Shown here: piece after piece, positions 21,765 through 33,796 of the stretch | How positions within the stretch are numbered: position 1 is the stretch's first letter | Layout: the number at the start of each line of letters is the position of its first letter | Assembly (NCBI GenBank): GCA_026025795.1 | Contig: JAPEUG010000129.1 | Coordinates: forward strand, 1 to 39,474 | Origin: Thelocarpon superellum | Lineage: Eukaryota | Reading direction: 5' to 3' | Length of the DNA stretch: 39,474 nucleotides | Notes under the pieces: generated by a model | The model's input: the letters and a program-made list of their open reading frames with translations, nothing else | The model's database searches: none | Told to the model about the DNA's origin: nothing | Translations under genes and position numbers: made by a program

Positions 21765-23067
21765 TCATGGTGTCAAAAACGGACGCACGATGCAGAGGAT
21801 CCCGTCGTCAGGGCACACGTTGGTACGGTTGAGCTGCTTGTCCTCCGGCCCTGTCGGCCCGTTGGTATATTTGGCCGAAACCTCCAGACCGAAAATCTTC
21901 TCCTGTCGCTTGTCCGAGTCCGGGTACTGCTGATCGCCCCATTGACCCACGAAGTTGACCAGGCCTAGGGGATTGTAGCCCGCGGCAGGGGTAAAGGCCT
22001 TGGTAGACGCATCGAAGCTGTAGAAGTAGGCGGAGAGAACAGGGTCCCAGAGCTTTCCTTGGTCGCAGTAGTCGTTAAGGATCCCATAGAACAGGTTCAC
22101 GTCAGGGATGAGGTGATCGTGCGTGCTGTCGAGCGGAAGTTAGCTGATTCTGTCGCAAGAAGGATGGTGTCCAGTGCACCCTCACCCTGATGTCGCATAA
22201 TTGGCGTGTGAGCCATTGGCGCTGTACACGACGGGCTAGAGCATGTCAGAGTCGTGGAGAGAGCAGCGTTGACCAAAGCGGGAACGTACGCGCAGGCCGC
22301 GCTTCTCGACGGCGTCGTAGGTAAAGGCCTCGCCGTTGGCATGTTGGCTGAACCAAACGGCGGTGGGGACGCCATTGCTGAAACGCACCATGGTATGCTC
22401 CCTGCCTCGGATGAGCGGGGTGTCTCACATCAATGCTCTTCTCTCCGAGCGTCTTACCAGTCACCCACATGATCGTCCACTTGCTGCCAGAGAAAGATCC
22501 CGCCATAGTTGTACCTATGATCTGTGAGGACCGGTCTCGAAGAGGCCAAGGAAGGGGGGGCATACGCGTAAAAGTACATATAGAAGGCATCGACATTGCC
22601 GGACCCATGGTCATTGACAATGACCACGGTGCTCACGGCGCCATTCGTCTTTCCGCTTGCATCCGGGGCGACGCCGAAGAGCCAGGAGGGCAGGCTAGAT
22701 ACATCCTCGCGTGCCGTCAGGAAGACCTTGGAGCCCCCCATGCTGTTGAGGGCGTCGAGATTATCTAGCGTCAGGGGCGAGGGCGCCCCCAAGACCGGAG
22801 CGAAAGTCACTTCCGGTGCGGTGTGGAGTAGCTGTGCTCCGAGATCCGATGGCAGGAAAGGGTCTTCGGAGTGCAGCCAGACCAGTGGCGCTGCCAGCGT
22901 GTCAGCTCCGAGCCAGCAGTCTCGCGTCGGCGGAGAGACTGACCATAATCCATCACGTAGCCAGGAATCGTGGCCGTTGTACGACGCTCTAATGGCGCCG
23001 CGATAACCAACGGACTGGCCACGAGCGCCGTGCCCAGCAACGCCAGACAGATGGAGAAACGTGCCAT
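21765..23067 (-). CDS. Vps62/TDA6-family protein with signal peptide, ~342 aa; exons 23067-22944, 22890-22566, 22514-22458, 22401-22290, 22235-22186, 22125-21765
   Basis: Five canonical introns reconstruct YVMDYAPLVWLHSEDPFLPS, VDAFYMYFYAYNYG, HVGDWEH, WFSQH, RPVVYSANGSHANYA and GKLWDP, all typical of the Vps62 family. Confidence 0.88.
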
Positions 23068-24479
23068 CGTGAAGGCGGCCCGACTCTGGCTCGGACAAAG
23101 CGTCGATGAGAGACCTCTGATGGAGCCGACATCTCTCTCCCGGGACCGAGACACGATATAAATGCCGGGGGGCCCCATGGAAGGTCATCCTGGCCCGCGC
23201 ACGCGGCGGGCTGAGGGGATCTAATTGGACCTGGCGATGCATGTGGAGGATACGTGAACGGGTGCGAACAGCCGTACATAACGAGACACAAGGGAAGCAG
23301 AGCTCAAGCCTCGGATATGGTAGATAAGGTAGGTCCCTTCCGATCAAAGCTTAGTCCAAGGAGGGAGGCGATTCTCATCCGCTGGCCCAGCCTTCCTCCT
23401 GGACGTGGTACAGACGTGCGCCGGTTCCATGAAGCGTCCGGGCTGTACTCGTACCAGGTGGCGCAGGGATGGCACAAGGATACATTGCAGCTTGGTGGGG
23501 CTTAATCAAGATGCAACTAACGGATGAGGAGACACCTGCCTCATGGAGCTGCGCTACGATGAAGACACACAAGTCCAGATATTTTCGGACATGACACGGA
23601 GATGATAGATCGGAACGTAGCGCAACGTCGAATCACCCCGACTAGCCTGCACGTGGATGCTGAAAAATAGGGGTGGGAAAGATGTGAGAAGGAATCGAGA
23701 TATCTATGCCGAGTCAACCAGCTCTCGAGGGCCCCTTATTTCTACCGGTCGGGCGTTGGTCACGCGTGCCGGATGACGTCTGCGTGCGACCTCGTCCCCA
23801 GACGATCCGACTCTGGGTCTAGCGAGGTGGTAGTCGAAACGGGACGACCCACCCTCTGATTGGCCAGAAACCCGTGAGAGCGACAGAACGTACCTCGTAC
23901 TCGTAGGCCCGACTAGCCACCTTCATGACCAGTGCACGCACCCAGCCAATGCGGGACTCCCTGTTGAACCAGCAGATAGTCTGCAGCATTCCCTCTTCTA
24001 TCGGCACTGATGTCTGTAGCAGTAGGGGGCCCTTCTGAAGACCTTCTTATGGCGCAAAGGGTGTTTGCGCTCGACTGAGTATCTAAGGACGTGTAGAGTA
24101 GAGGTGTGCCGACCCCAGCCGCCGATTTGTTAGGGCAGCTACCAGTGCCAGGTCGCTAGCTTAAGACGGTTACTCCCCGCTCGTCTGCTGGTCAGTGACG
24201 GAGGGGGCGTCAGCAGGAGCTCGAACGAGTCGCGCCCGTTGTTGGGTGGTGAGACAGGCAGCCTGCCAAGGCAAAGAGATGGTTCGAGAAATCGCCGTCA
24301 CTACCACCCGGGGGGAAAGACAAATCACTGTCCTAGGATTTCTTGCATTGGTCTATGAGATGGCGAACAGCGTCTCCTTCTTCCCACGCACCAACTCTTG
24401 GAGCACCCCAGGACACCGGCGGACCGCCCGTTTCTTGCGCGTCGTGTCGCCGTTCTAACGCCCGAGTGCACCACGCACC

Positions 24480-26580
24480 ATGAACGACCCCGGGATCGAT
24501 GGCGCCATTGGCGAGGAGGCCAAAGATGTCGAGAAGCGGCAGATCAGCCAGAGGGAACGCGAGGAGGAACTCGCAGCCTCGGACCAGCGAGACCCCAGCC
24601 GGTGGTGGTTTGCATCCACCGCGGCGCCATTGATCGCGGGGACCTTTGGTCCCATGGCGTCCTCCTTCAATATCTGCGCCCTGTCGACCAACTGGCGTAT
24701 CCACATCCCCCCCGGCCTAGCCGAACCGCAGTCCGTTCCAATCCAGGACCCTCAATGGTGAGTGGAGCCTCTCACGATTGCCGTGCCGTCCTCCCATCCG
24801 GTCCAGAGCTGATGCTGTCGGCTGGCCCAGGCTGCTCGCGCTCAATGGCGTCTCCGTCGCCGTCGCCATCCTCGCCAACTTCGCCCTGCTCCTGAACATG
24901 GCCCGCCGCGTCCCATTCTCCGTCGCCCAACCCATCACCATCATCGGCTGGTATTTCTCCTCCGTCCTTCTCATCGGCATGGTGGCAGCGTCTCCGGCGA
25001 AGCTCGCCCTCGACGATCCCGACCATGTCTTCTCGCAGGCCTTCTATTATGCCATCATTTCGGCCGTCATCTACTTCATCATTGCCACCATGATGGTTGC
25101 CACTGTGTGGGGCGCCTTCCGCGGCCACTACAGTCGCGATTTCAAGCTGTCCACCAGCCAGCGGACCCTCATGCTGCAGACCATCAGCTACCTCATCTAT
25201 CTGCAAGCCGGGGCCGCTGTCTTTGCCCATATCGAAGGCTGGACCTATCTAGACGGCGTCTACTACGCCGACGTGACCCTCTTGACCGTCGGCTTCGGTG
25301 ACTTCGTCCCTGTCGCGCACCTATCCCGCAGCTTGCTCTTCCCTTTCGCCATCGGCGGTATCTTGATGCTCGGTCTGGTCATTGGCTCCATTCGGTCGTT
25401 GGTGCTGGAGCGCGGGAAAAAGAAGATGGGCGCGCGAGAGATGGAGAAGCTCCGCGCGCACGTCGTCAAGAAACTCGAGACCAACGGCGGCCCCGTGAAG
25501 CTTACCCCAATCCGCGCACGCACCCTTGATCAGAAAGATACATCGGAGTTGGATCGTCGTCGTCAAGAATTCCATCTGATGCGTCAGATCCAGAACGACG
25601 CCGCCAAGAAAGGTCGCTGGTATTCGCTCGTCATCTCCGCCACCGTCTGGTTGGGCCTCTGGACGATCGGTGCCGTCGTCTTCTGGCAGGGCGAATATGC
25701 TCAGGACTGGTCCTACTTTGAAGCCCTCTACTTTGCCTACGTGTCGCTGCTGACCATTGGCTATGGAGACCTGCGCATCATGAATGAGTCCAGCAAGGCC
25801 TTTTTTGTCTTTTGGTCCCTGCTGGCCGTGCCCACCATGACAATTCTCATCAGCAACATGGGCGACACCGTCGTCCGTCTGCTCCGCGACGGCGCCCTTT
25901 GGGTCGGCGAGCTGACCGTTCTCCCCGCCGAGACAGGCGTACGACAGCGGCTGAAGCAGACCGCAGCCAAGATCACCCCCGGCGACTTCGGCTTCTCCGA
26001 AGCTGAACCCATGGCCGGCGCCACCTCCAGCGGGGAGGCCGAAGATCCTGGTCCCAAGAAGCAGAAAGATCTCGAGGCGGTCAGCGGAGCTGCCAAGGAA
26101 TACGAGGGCGCCGAGGAAGATGCCGCCGCGGACGCCGCTGAACGAGGCGACATCCGTGGCATGGACCGGCACCATCGTCACTATCTGCTCATGCGAGAGA
26201 TGCGTCGGGTTATGAGCCACATGAAGGAGACGCCGCCCCGCAAATACTCCTACGAGGAATGGGCTCACTTCTTGAAGTTCATGGGTCACGATGAGGCCGT
26301 CGCCGCCAACCACGCCGCGGCACGTACTGACTGCCCGGAGACTGAATCCAATGCCGACGCGGCGACATCCACGGACGAGGAACACTCGGAGACGCGGTGG
26401 AGCTGGATCGGAGCAAAGAGCCCGCTCATGGACACCAAGGATGAGGCCGAATGGGTGCTTGAAAACCTCGCCGCCGCCCTAGAACAGGAGCTGCGTGAAG
26501 AACGAGACAAACGTCGACGAGAGCGGGAACAGGAAAAAGGGGCGAAGGGGGACTCAGGAAGCGAGCAGCACCGGCCGTAA
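24480..26580 (+). CDS. TOK1: Two-pore-domain outward-rectifying K+ channel (TOK1 family), ~675 aa; exons 24480-24757, 24831-26580
   Basis: WWFASTAAPLIAGTFGPMA N-terminal motif; QRTLMLQT; two selectivity filters TVGFGD and TIGYGD; intron 24758-24830 (GTGAGT...GCTGAT...CAG). Confidence 0.93.
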
Positions 26581-26953
26581 ACTCAAGTTCATCCTTGACT
26601 CCAGATCGATCTGGATATAGAAACCGTGCGATGCGGGAGTGACAAGGAGCGGGTCAGCCTTTCCGAAGTGCGCCCACTTGTTGCCGTTGCACCACCAGAG
26701 CATTCACTGCCTCGTCTATGTCTGTGCTTCTCCGGCGACCTACGTGATTCACTTTAGTGGGGCGCTCGCAGCGCCCGCGCGCCGGTCGCCGACTGTCCTT
26801 TCCCCCTCGCTCCTGCTATATGATAAGGATCCTGTTTCCACCTCTTCTTCTGGTGACATCGATCTCTGATGCACTGTCCGGGTTCATCACGTCTTGGAAC
26901 CGAGGAGATCGCCAACGATATCAGCCTCCTTGCAACCCGACACAATCGGAAGG

Positions 26954-28201
26954 ATGTCGTCGCAGAGTGCCATAGGGACATCCATCACTCGTACAGGAGG
27001 CCAGTTCCTCCCGGCCTTTTCGACGGATTACACGGGAACATCCGCCCCACCTACGCAATTTCGAACACAGATGTCGCCGACGTCGACGGTGACCGTCTTC
27101 CCATCCTCATCGCCTCCCACCTCCACCTCCACCGCAGCATTGACGAGTGACCAGGCCGCACTACGAGCCGCACCTACGTTGATCTCGTCGCCCTCATCGG
27201 CGCCTCCCTCGATCGTCACTTCACGAGCGAGCGGAGGGGTGCCTGCGGTCGGCTTTTATGGCTTTGCGGGGGGCATTGTGGTGCTGATCGTGGTGGCGGG
27301 TGGCGTGTTCTGGTATCGCGGGACCCGGATTCGGGCCAAGCGAGCTGGTCAAGTTGCGACTGCTGCACGCCTTCAGACGCTGGTCCAAACGGGCGAGCTT
27401 CGCGACGATCTGGAATGGTCGCTAGCACCTCCGATCCCGGTACTCCAGTCCAGCGCACGCAGCTGGACGAGCTCCGAGTGGGACGCCCGCTCGAACGCCA
27501 CACCGCGACGAGCTCTCGAGCCCAGTGCGGGGCGGCCCACGCCCGGTCGAAGTGCTCTGCAGGATGCTGGCCAACGAGGTCACTTGGCTCGAGTGGACGC
27601 CCTGCAAGAGGGCAAGATCAAGGCCGAGGCGGAGCGACGGGCACGTTTCGCGGCCCTTTCGCAGGCAGACGAGCTTGCCCGCGATCATGCCCGTCCGGCC
27701 GATGACGGATCGCACAGCGACGGGTCAGCCTTTGATCTCGACCGTCGCGGCCCAGCGGTCAATGCTGCCTACGCGGCCGCACGGGACCGGAGGTTCAAGG
27801 AGAAGCTGGCGCTGGGCATGACCTTTGACGAGGCCCTCTCCACCTCCGATGCCAGCACAGATGTAGGGGACTTTGGCGACCACGGTCTATTTTCTGGAAG
27901 GCGTAGACCGATCGTTGCGACCCTGCCAACCCCACAGGCCTTGCTTGGGGTTGCGGATCCAGTAACCCCGGGCGATGGCACACAGCTCGCTCCGACTGAC
28001 ACCCCAACACGACGGCGGGCGACGGCCATGGCTGCAGCGGCGGAAGGTGAGCCCTTCGCCACGATTGAAGAGGCCACGTCGTCACGCCTCAGCCAAATCG
28101 ATCTGGCTTTCACCGACGACACAGCCACTCGGGCTAGTGTCGCCATCTCCGATGACCCGTGGAGGGAGGACGTGTTGGAGAACCGGCGCAAGGGTCGCTA
28201 A
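26954..28201 (+). CDS. Single-pass membrane protein with Ser/Thr/Pro-rich N-terminus, ~415 aa, unknown function
   Basis: ATG 26954; S/T/P-rich segment, then TM GFYGFAGGIVVLIVVAGGVFWY followed by basic RGTRIRAKR; long charged tail. Confidence 0.65.
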   Translation: MSSQSAIGTSITRTGGQFLPAFSTDYTGTSAPPTQFRTQMSPTSTVTVFPSSSPPTSTSTAALTSDQAALRAAPTLISSPSSAPPSIVTSRASGGVPAVGFYGFAGGIVVLIVVAGGVFWYRGTRIRAKRAGQVATAARLQTLVQTGELRDDLEWSLAPPIPVLQSSARSWTSSEWDARSNATPRRALEPSAGRPTPGRSALQDAGQRGHLARVDALQEGKIKAEAERRARFAALSQADELARDHARPADDGSHSDGSAFDLDRRGPAVNAAYAAARDRRFKEKLALGMTFDEALSTSDASTDVGDFGDHGLFSGRRRPIVATLPTPQALLGVADPVTPGDGTQLAPTDTPTRRRATAMAAAAEGEPFATIEEATSSRLSQIDLAFTDDTATRASVAISDDPWREDVLENRRKGR

Positions 28202-29544
28202 CATACCAACACAAAGAGTGCTCTCTCTATCCCACTCTCCGCCATCTCTTCAAAGTGTGACCATGTCGAGACTTTGAAGATGATGGTGAACCAAGACGTA
28301 ACGAGCTTCTTCTGATCACTGCGTCATTCGTCTTACAACTTCCCCTTGCCAGCTTCCTGATTTCCATCTTCATCCTCATCTTCTACCAGCGACATGACTG
28401 CAAGAACAGTGCCCCACCGATTTGAGTTGGGGGGAGGTGGCAGGCTCTGGCTTCGCCCTGGTCGAAGTGAGTATTTCGTGTCAGGGCTTTACCTGTGCAG
28501 GTTTTGCCCGCACCGTTGCCCCGTCCAACCGTGCGCCAAGCAAGAGATCAGAACTCAAAGAAATGCCCTGCAGGTGTGATGAGTGATTCAGTCGATCTGC
28601 ATGGCATGTATGAAGCGTGAACCGTGATCTCTTGGTCCGTGACGACGTATCATAAGTCCTCTTGATGCCACGCGACTTGTGGGCCAACTTGATCCTGCGA
28701 CCGCACCCTTACCGTGACCCACTTTTCCATTCACCGACATGAAGTTATGTGGATGTGCAAGGACAACGGTAACGGCAAGGCAACGGTAACGATTGTCTTG
28801 TCTTTCTTGCCATTTCTTTACTCCCATCCGCCTCGTTGCAAAACTCGCGATGTCATCGCCAACTCCAGAACTACGACAACAGCCCAACCAGCACATTTTC
28901 CCAAACACTCTCACTACAGTGCTTTCGGAGTGCTGACCCCTCTCTTGTCCAACGTGAAGAGCGTTCACGTATCACCAGCACGTCCCATCTTTGTTACCCT
29001 CCCCAGCCTGAGCTTCTTCTACCAGCCTTCTCTCCTCTCTTCTCTCTCCTCTCTCCATCTCCCACCGCCCTGACAAACTTCTGTCCCCACGGATTCCGCT
29101 TCCCGAGCTGTTCAGAGGAGTCTGGGTCCCTCCCGCCTCCTTTGGCGTTCTCCACATACGTCTCTACATCCAGCTCCTCAATCACTTGCGTCTTTACTCT
29201 TCGGTCGGCATTCTTGTTCCTGATCACCCGCTGTAAAGGCAAGTCAGTTCCACTCCCCCCACCATTGACTGCCTCCTTTCCTCGGGTGGTAAGCACGCCC
29301 CATCCCCGCTGCTACGCATCGTGCCCGCCCCGAAGCCGATGGGCTTTCTCCCTCTCCCTTGTCCTTCTCATCCGCACCACGCTTCTCGGTTTCGTCGCCT
29401 GATCTGGCATCCCGCAGCTCCTCCTGGCTGCTGAGATCTGGGTTTCTGAGACAGAGGCGACGGGCCTTTCATCGCTTGTCTGGACCTACCGTTGGCGTAA
29501 GCTGACTTTCAACCTAGATCCAAGCCCCACGAGCTTCATCCACC

Positions 29545-31816
29545 ATGTCTGAAGCGGACGGTACCTTCGGTCACGCCGAGATGTCGCGCGCACTGGGCGA
29601 CATTACCAACATCTCCGGCTCGGATGCGGCCAACAAGGACAAGGCAGCCGTGGCGCCGGCTCACGCCGTGGGCTGGGTGCCCCGCACCGATTTTGATTAC
29701 AAGGTCTACAATGCCACCACTCGCGAAGAGCTCGAAGCGGTCGAAGGGCCAGGGCAAGCCCCCACATGGGCCGCCAACGCGGAGAAATACGAGTGGCAGG
29801 AGGAGTACGGCGATGTCGGGCCTCCGCATCCAATTCTCGAAAAGCAGCTGTTCGGCCAAGACTACACCGTGCGCTCCGGAGATCAGTTTGCCAAGTGCGA
29901 TGGCTCCTCGATGCCATGCCTGCCGTTGTCGCTGACCTGGCGTAGGCTGAAAGAGATAGCCGTGCTCCAAGAGGGCGAACAACGCATCAATCCCGTCCGC
30001 CTGGTGAGCGTCCTTGGGTGCCGGCACGATGAAGCGATGGCTGACCCCGATAGTTTGCGGATGCGGGTCTTCATCCAGTGATGCTCAAGAACATCGAGCT
30101 GTGCCACTACGACGTGCCAACCCCTATCCAGGCCTACTGCCTCCCCGCCATTCTCAAGGGACATGACATCGTCGCCTGTGCGCAGACGGGCACGTACTCC
30201 CTCCGAGACCGGCATCGCCCGTCGTTACTGACGTGAGTGGAGTACAGGGTCCGGAAAGACGGCGGCCTTTCTCATCCCCACGTTGTCCAAATTGATGGGA
30301 AAGGCGAAGAAGCTTGCGGCGCCCCGTCCGCATCCCAACAACGTCTCGGACGAGGAGCTGCGCAAGTATCGTGCAGAGCCACTCATGCTGATCGTCGCGC
30401 CTACGCGTGAGTTGGCTACGCAGATCTTCGACGAGGCTCGTCGGTTCTGCTACCGCTCGATGCTCCGTCCCTGCGTCGTCTATGGCGGGGTGCCCGTGCG
30501 TGAGCAGATGCACGAACTCAAGCGAGGATGCGATGTTCTCATTGGCACACCTGGTCGTCTGCTCGACTTCATGCGCCGTGCTGACTTCTTGTCTCTGCAT
30601 CGGCTCAAGTAAGTTGCATCGGCCGATGTGGACCTTCGGACCGATTGCTCACACAAGTCCAGGTACACCATCATCGACGAGGCGGATGAGATGCTCCAAG
30701 ATGACTGGAATGCGGATCTCAAGCAGATCATGGCTGGTGGGCGTGGTGGTGAGTTCATCTCTCGTCTTTGACCCCTTTTCCGTGGGTTACGTGTGTCGGA
30801 TGTGCAGGCTGACCTCTTGCAGTGGCCAACTCCGATGGCGATCGCGTCTACATGATGTTCTCGGCGACCTTCCCCAAGGAGGCTCGTGACCTTGCTCGGG
30901 ACTTTATGGCGCGAGATCATGTGCGTATCCGTGTCGGGCGCGCGGGCAGCACCACCGACAACATCAAGCAGCGAGTATGCATTCCCCGTTTTATGAGAAG
31001 CGCTTCCACTGGGCTGACTTGTGACAAGATCGTGTACACGGACGACGACAAGAAGCGTCAGGCGCTCCACGACCTCATCACGTCGGCGCCCCCCACCCGC
31101 ACCATCATCTTCGTCAACTCGAAGCGTACGGCGGACTTTCTGGATGACTACCTGTTTAATCTGGACTTTCCAAGCACCTCGATCCACGCCGACCGTACCC
31201 AACGTGAACGCGAAGATGCGCTGTTGGTTTCCTCATCCGCTGGGCGAGCATTCACTGATCTTCATATTCACAGAAACGCCTTTCGTAAAGGCAAAGCCCC
31301 AATCCTCATCGCAACCGGGCTCTCTGCTCGTGGGCTCGACATTAGCAACGTGATGCACGTCATCAACTATGATCTTCCGAGCGGTAGCCACGGTGGGATC
31401 CAGGAGTACATCCATCGCATCGGTCGGTCATGTCTTGTCTTGTGCAGGCTCGGCTTCCGTTGACTCGGTCAGGTCGAACGGCTCGCATTGGGAACGTGGG
31501 CATGGCCACTTCCTTCTACAACGAGCGCAACGATGATATCGCCGAGGTGTTGGTCAAGGTGCTGCTCGAGACGAAGCAAGAAGTGCCCGAGTTCTTGGAG
31601 TCGTGGGTGCCGGAGGGGGCTCGCGAGGATCACACGAAGATTGGCTTCGAGGACGACTCGGACTCGGACTCGGAAGACGAGGACGAGGACGGGGATGCAG
31701 AGGACGAGGGCGTTGCCCTACCTGCCGAGAAGAAGGATGTGCCCGATGCCGATACGTGGAATGCCGAGGACACCGGGTCGGTCACGGGAAAGGCGGCGGT
31801 CGAGGAAGGATGGTAA
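29545..31816 (+). CDS. DEAD-box RNA helicase, Ded1/Dbp1 (DDX3)-like, ~609 aa; exons 29545-29894, 29946-30003, 30054-30189, 30248-30608, 30663-30748, 30823-30974, 31029-31222, 31274-31422, 31473-31816
   Basis: Q motif (PTPIQ), AQTGSGKT, APTRELA, GTPGRL, DEAD, FSAT, ARGLD, HRIGRTAR. The spliced length of 1830 nt is in frame. Intron 3 is GC-AG. Confidence 0.93.
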
Positions 31817-32413
31817 GCGTACTCTCGTGACCGACGACCGGCCACCGGCGACCGGCGAGCCTGACCGTACGGTGGCACACGGGTGGGTGGTTTTACTTTC
31901 CAAACTGCCATCATGTCACCACCCAAGGGCCCGATACTCGATCAACCCCCCTGCGCTTCACCTGCACTCATCCAACATGAGCTGCGCTGAAGAGACGAAG
32001 GAGGTGATTGTGGGGGGCTTTGCTACAGGTATTACTTTTCCTTGGTCCCACGGGTCGCCCACACGGCCCCCCCAACACATGTCTAGTCTTGCCTCATATG
32101 CTTCCTTGTCTGTCCATGTGCGCCTCCAATCTCAACATTGAACCTGCAGACCATCGAAGAGACAGCAGAGGGGTGAGACGGGCCGAGCTGCACACAGACT
32201 TGCCGTCGACTGTGATGTCGAACTTTGACTTGACACTTGACGCCCTACTCTACCACAGAGTCACGTCGCACATACCAGACTAATGCAATGCAAGAGTACC
32301 ACGATCCGTACAGTCCATGCGATCTAATGTGTCGGACGGTAGGATACATACATCTGCTGGGGATGGTCACCTCATGGAACAGGTGAGGTAAGGGAGGGGG
32401 AAGGGCAGAGAAA

Positions 32414-33796
32414 CTAAGTACGATCCAGCTCCCCTTTCCAATCGCCAATATGGCTCGAGATGATATCCGCTGCCCGTTCAGCGCTATACTGGCGCCCTAT
32501 AGCCTCGACAAAGTCCCCTTGTGGGTCTGTTTGGTGCACTCCATTAGCATGCTTGCTGACCACAGGTGGATCGGACACGAGAGAGAGGCGGGGGGAGAGG
32601 GGACACGGACCCATGAGATAGAAGTATATACTATGATCCACCAGATAATCCTGGCCTGGCTTCAGGGTAGGCGGAGTGGAGAAGTAGACACGGTACGCCT
32701 TACACACCGCCTTGACCTGGTCCCAGGTGCCGGTGAGGCCGATGAGCGCGGGGTGGAACTCGGCGAGGTAGGACTTGATCACGGCGGGGGAGTCGCGGGC
32801 CGGATCGCACGTGATGAAGACGGGACGCATCACGGACCCGGAGCTGGAGCGGACCAGGTCGATCATCGTCGCCATTTTGTCGAGCTCTTCGGGACAAATG
32901 TCGGGACAGTGGGTAAAGCCAAAGTAGACCTGGGGGCCACAGCACAACGATGAGCGGAATGTCGGGTAGGTGGGTAGGGGAGGTGGAAGTGGAGGTGGAG
33001 GTGGAGGTGGAGGTGGAGGTGGAGGTGGAGGTGGAGGTGGAGGTGGAGGTGGAGGTGGAGGTGGAGGTGGAGGTGGAGGTGGAGGTGGAGGTGGAGGTGG
33101 AGATGGAGGTGGAGATGGAGGGGGAGGTGGAGGGGACTTGGGATGGGAGAGTAGAAGGAATGGCAGACGTACCAGGGCGTATTTCCCCTTCATATCCTCA
33201 CTCGTGAACCGCTTCCCGTCCTGGTCCACGAGATCAAAGTGCCCGCCCACCTTGGGCTTCCCCGCGCCTTTCGCTGCATCCGCGACGCGCTTCCGCTCCA
33301 TCCGCGCCTTTTCGTACCTGAAATACGTGATCAGGCCCGCGCCGGACGCGAGGAAGAGGAGGCCTGCTTTCCATGAGAAGGGCTACATCTCACTCACTCC
33401 GCCATCAGTCCGACTCTCCAATGCAGGTACGAGGCAAAGTGGGGGACCGGGGAGGGGAATGTGGCAGCAGTCATGACCCACCCCCGACCGCTGCTTCGCA
33501 CGCGCTTCTTGAACGGTTTTGTATCTCAAGTGAGGCTGCGAGGTGCTGAGGCTCCGCGTCTGTGCTGGCGTCGAACGAGTGGCATGTTGTAAAAGCGGAC
33601 GAGACGCCTTGCAGGGTGGATAGTGCGGTCGCGAGGACTGCGAGAGGCGCCGGTGACAAGTCGAAGAGCGGGAGGTGGGGAATCGCGATGGCGCTGCGCC
33701 GGTCGTGTTGGCGCGCGTGGCGGACTGGTGGAGGGCGCGGTAGAGCTGATACTGCTGCCTCCATGGCGATGAGACCGGTAGCGATGAGAGACGCAT
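32414..33796 (-). CDS. SCO1: Mitochondrial copper chaperone Sco1, ~318 aa; exons 33796-33482, 33382-33173, 32929-32611, 32526-32414
   Basis: Basic, Ser-rich presequence; GPFSWKAGLLFL TM; GKPKVGGHFDL; VYFGFTHCPDICPEEL (CxxxC); YLVDHSIYFYLMDP. Confidence 0.95.
32979..33134. repeat. (GGAGGT)n hexanucleotide tract, ~26 units, inside SCO1 intron 2
   Basis: 18 perfect units at 32991-33098, flanked by GGAAGT/GGAGAT/GGAGGG variants. Confidence 0.97.

Noticed and set aside
23200..24450. Intergenic region between the Vps62-family gene and TOK1 as a TE relic
   Set aside because: Some TpA-rich stretches, but no terminal repeats or transposase/RT motifs visible.
28575..28720. TGATGA and AGCGTGA motifs suggesting a C/D-box or U3 snoRNA
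   Set aside because: No properly placed D box, terminal stem or recognisable rRNA guide; an Rfam scan would be needed.
32979..33134. Telomeric repeat or CRISPR-like array
   Set aside because: The unit is not TTAGGG-like, it is intronic, and there are no spacers.
32950..33476. Plus-strand poly-Gly and (VE)n ORFs
   Set aside because: Translation artefacts of the (GGAGGT)n tract antisense to SCO1.
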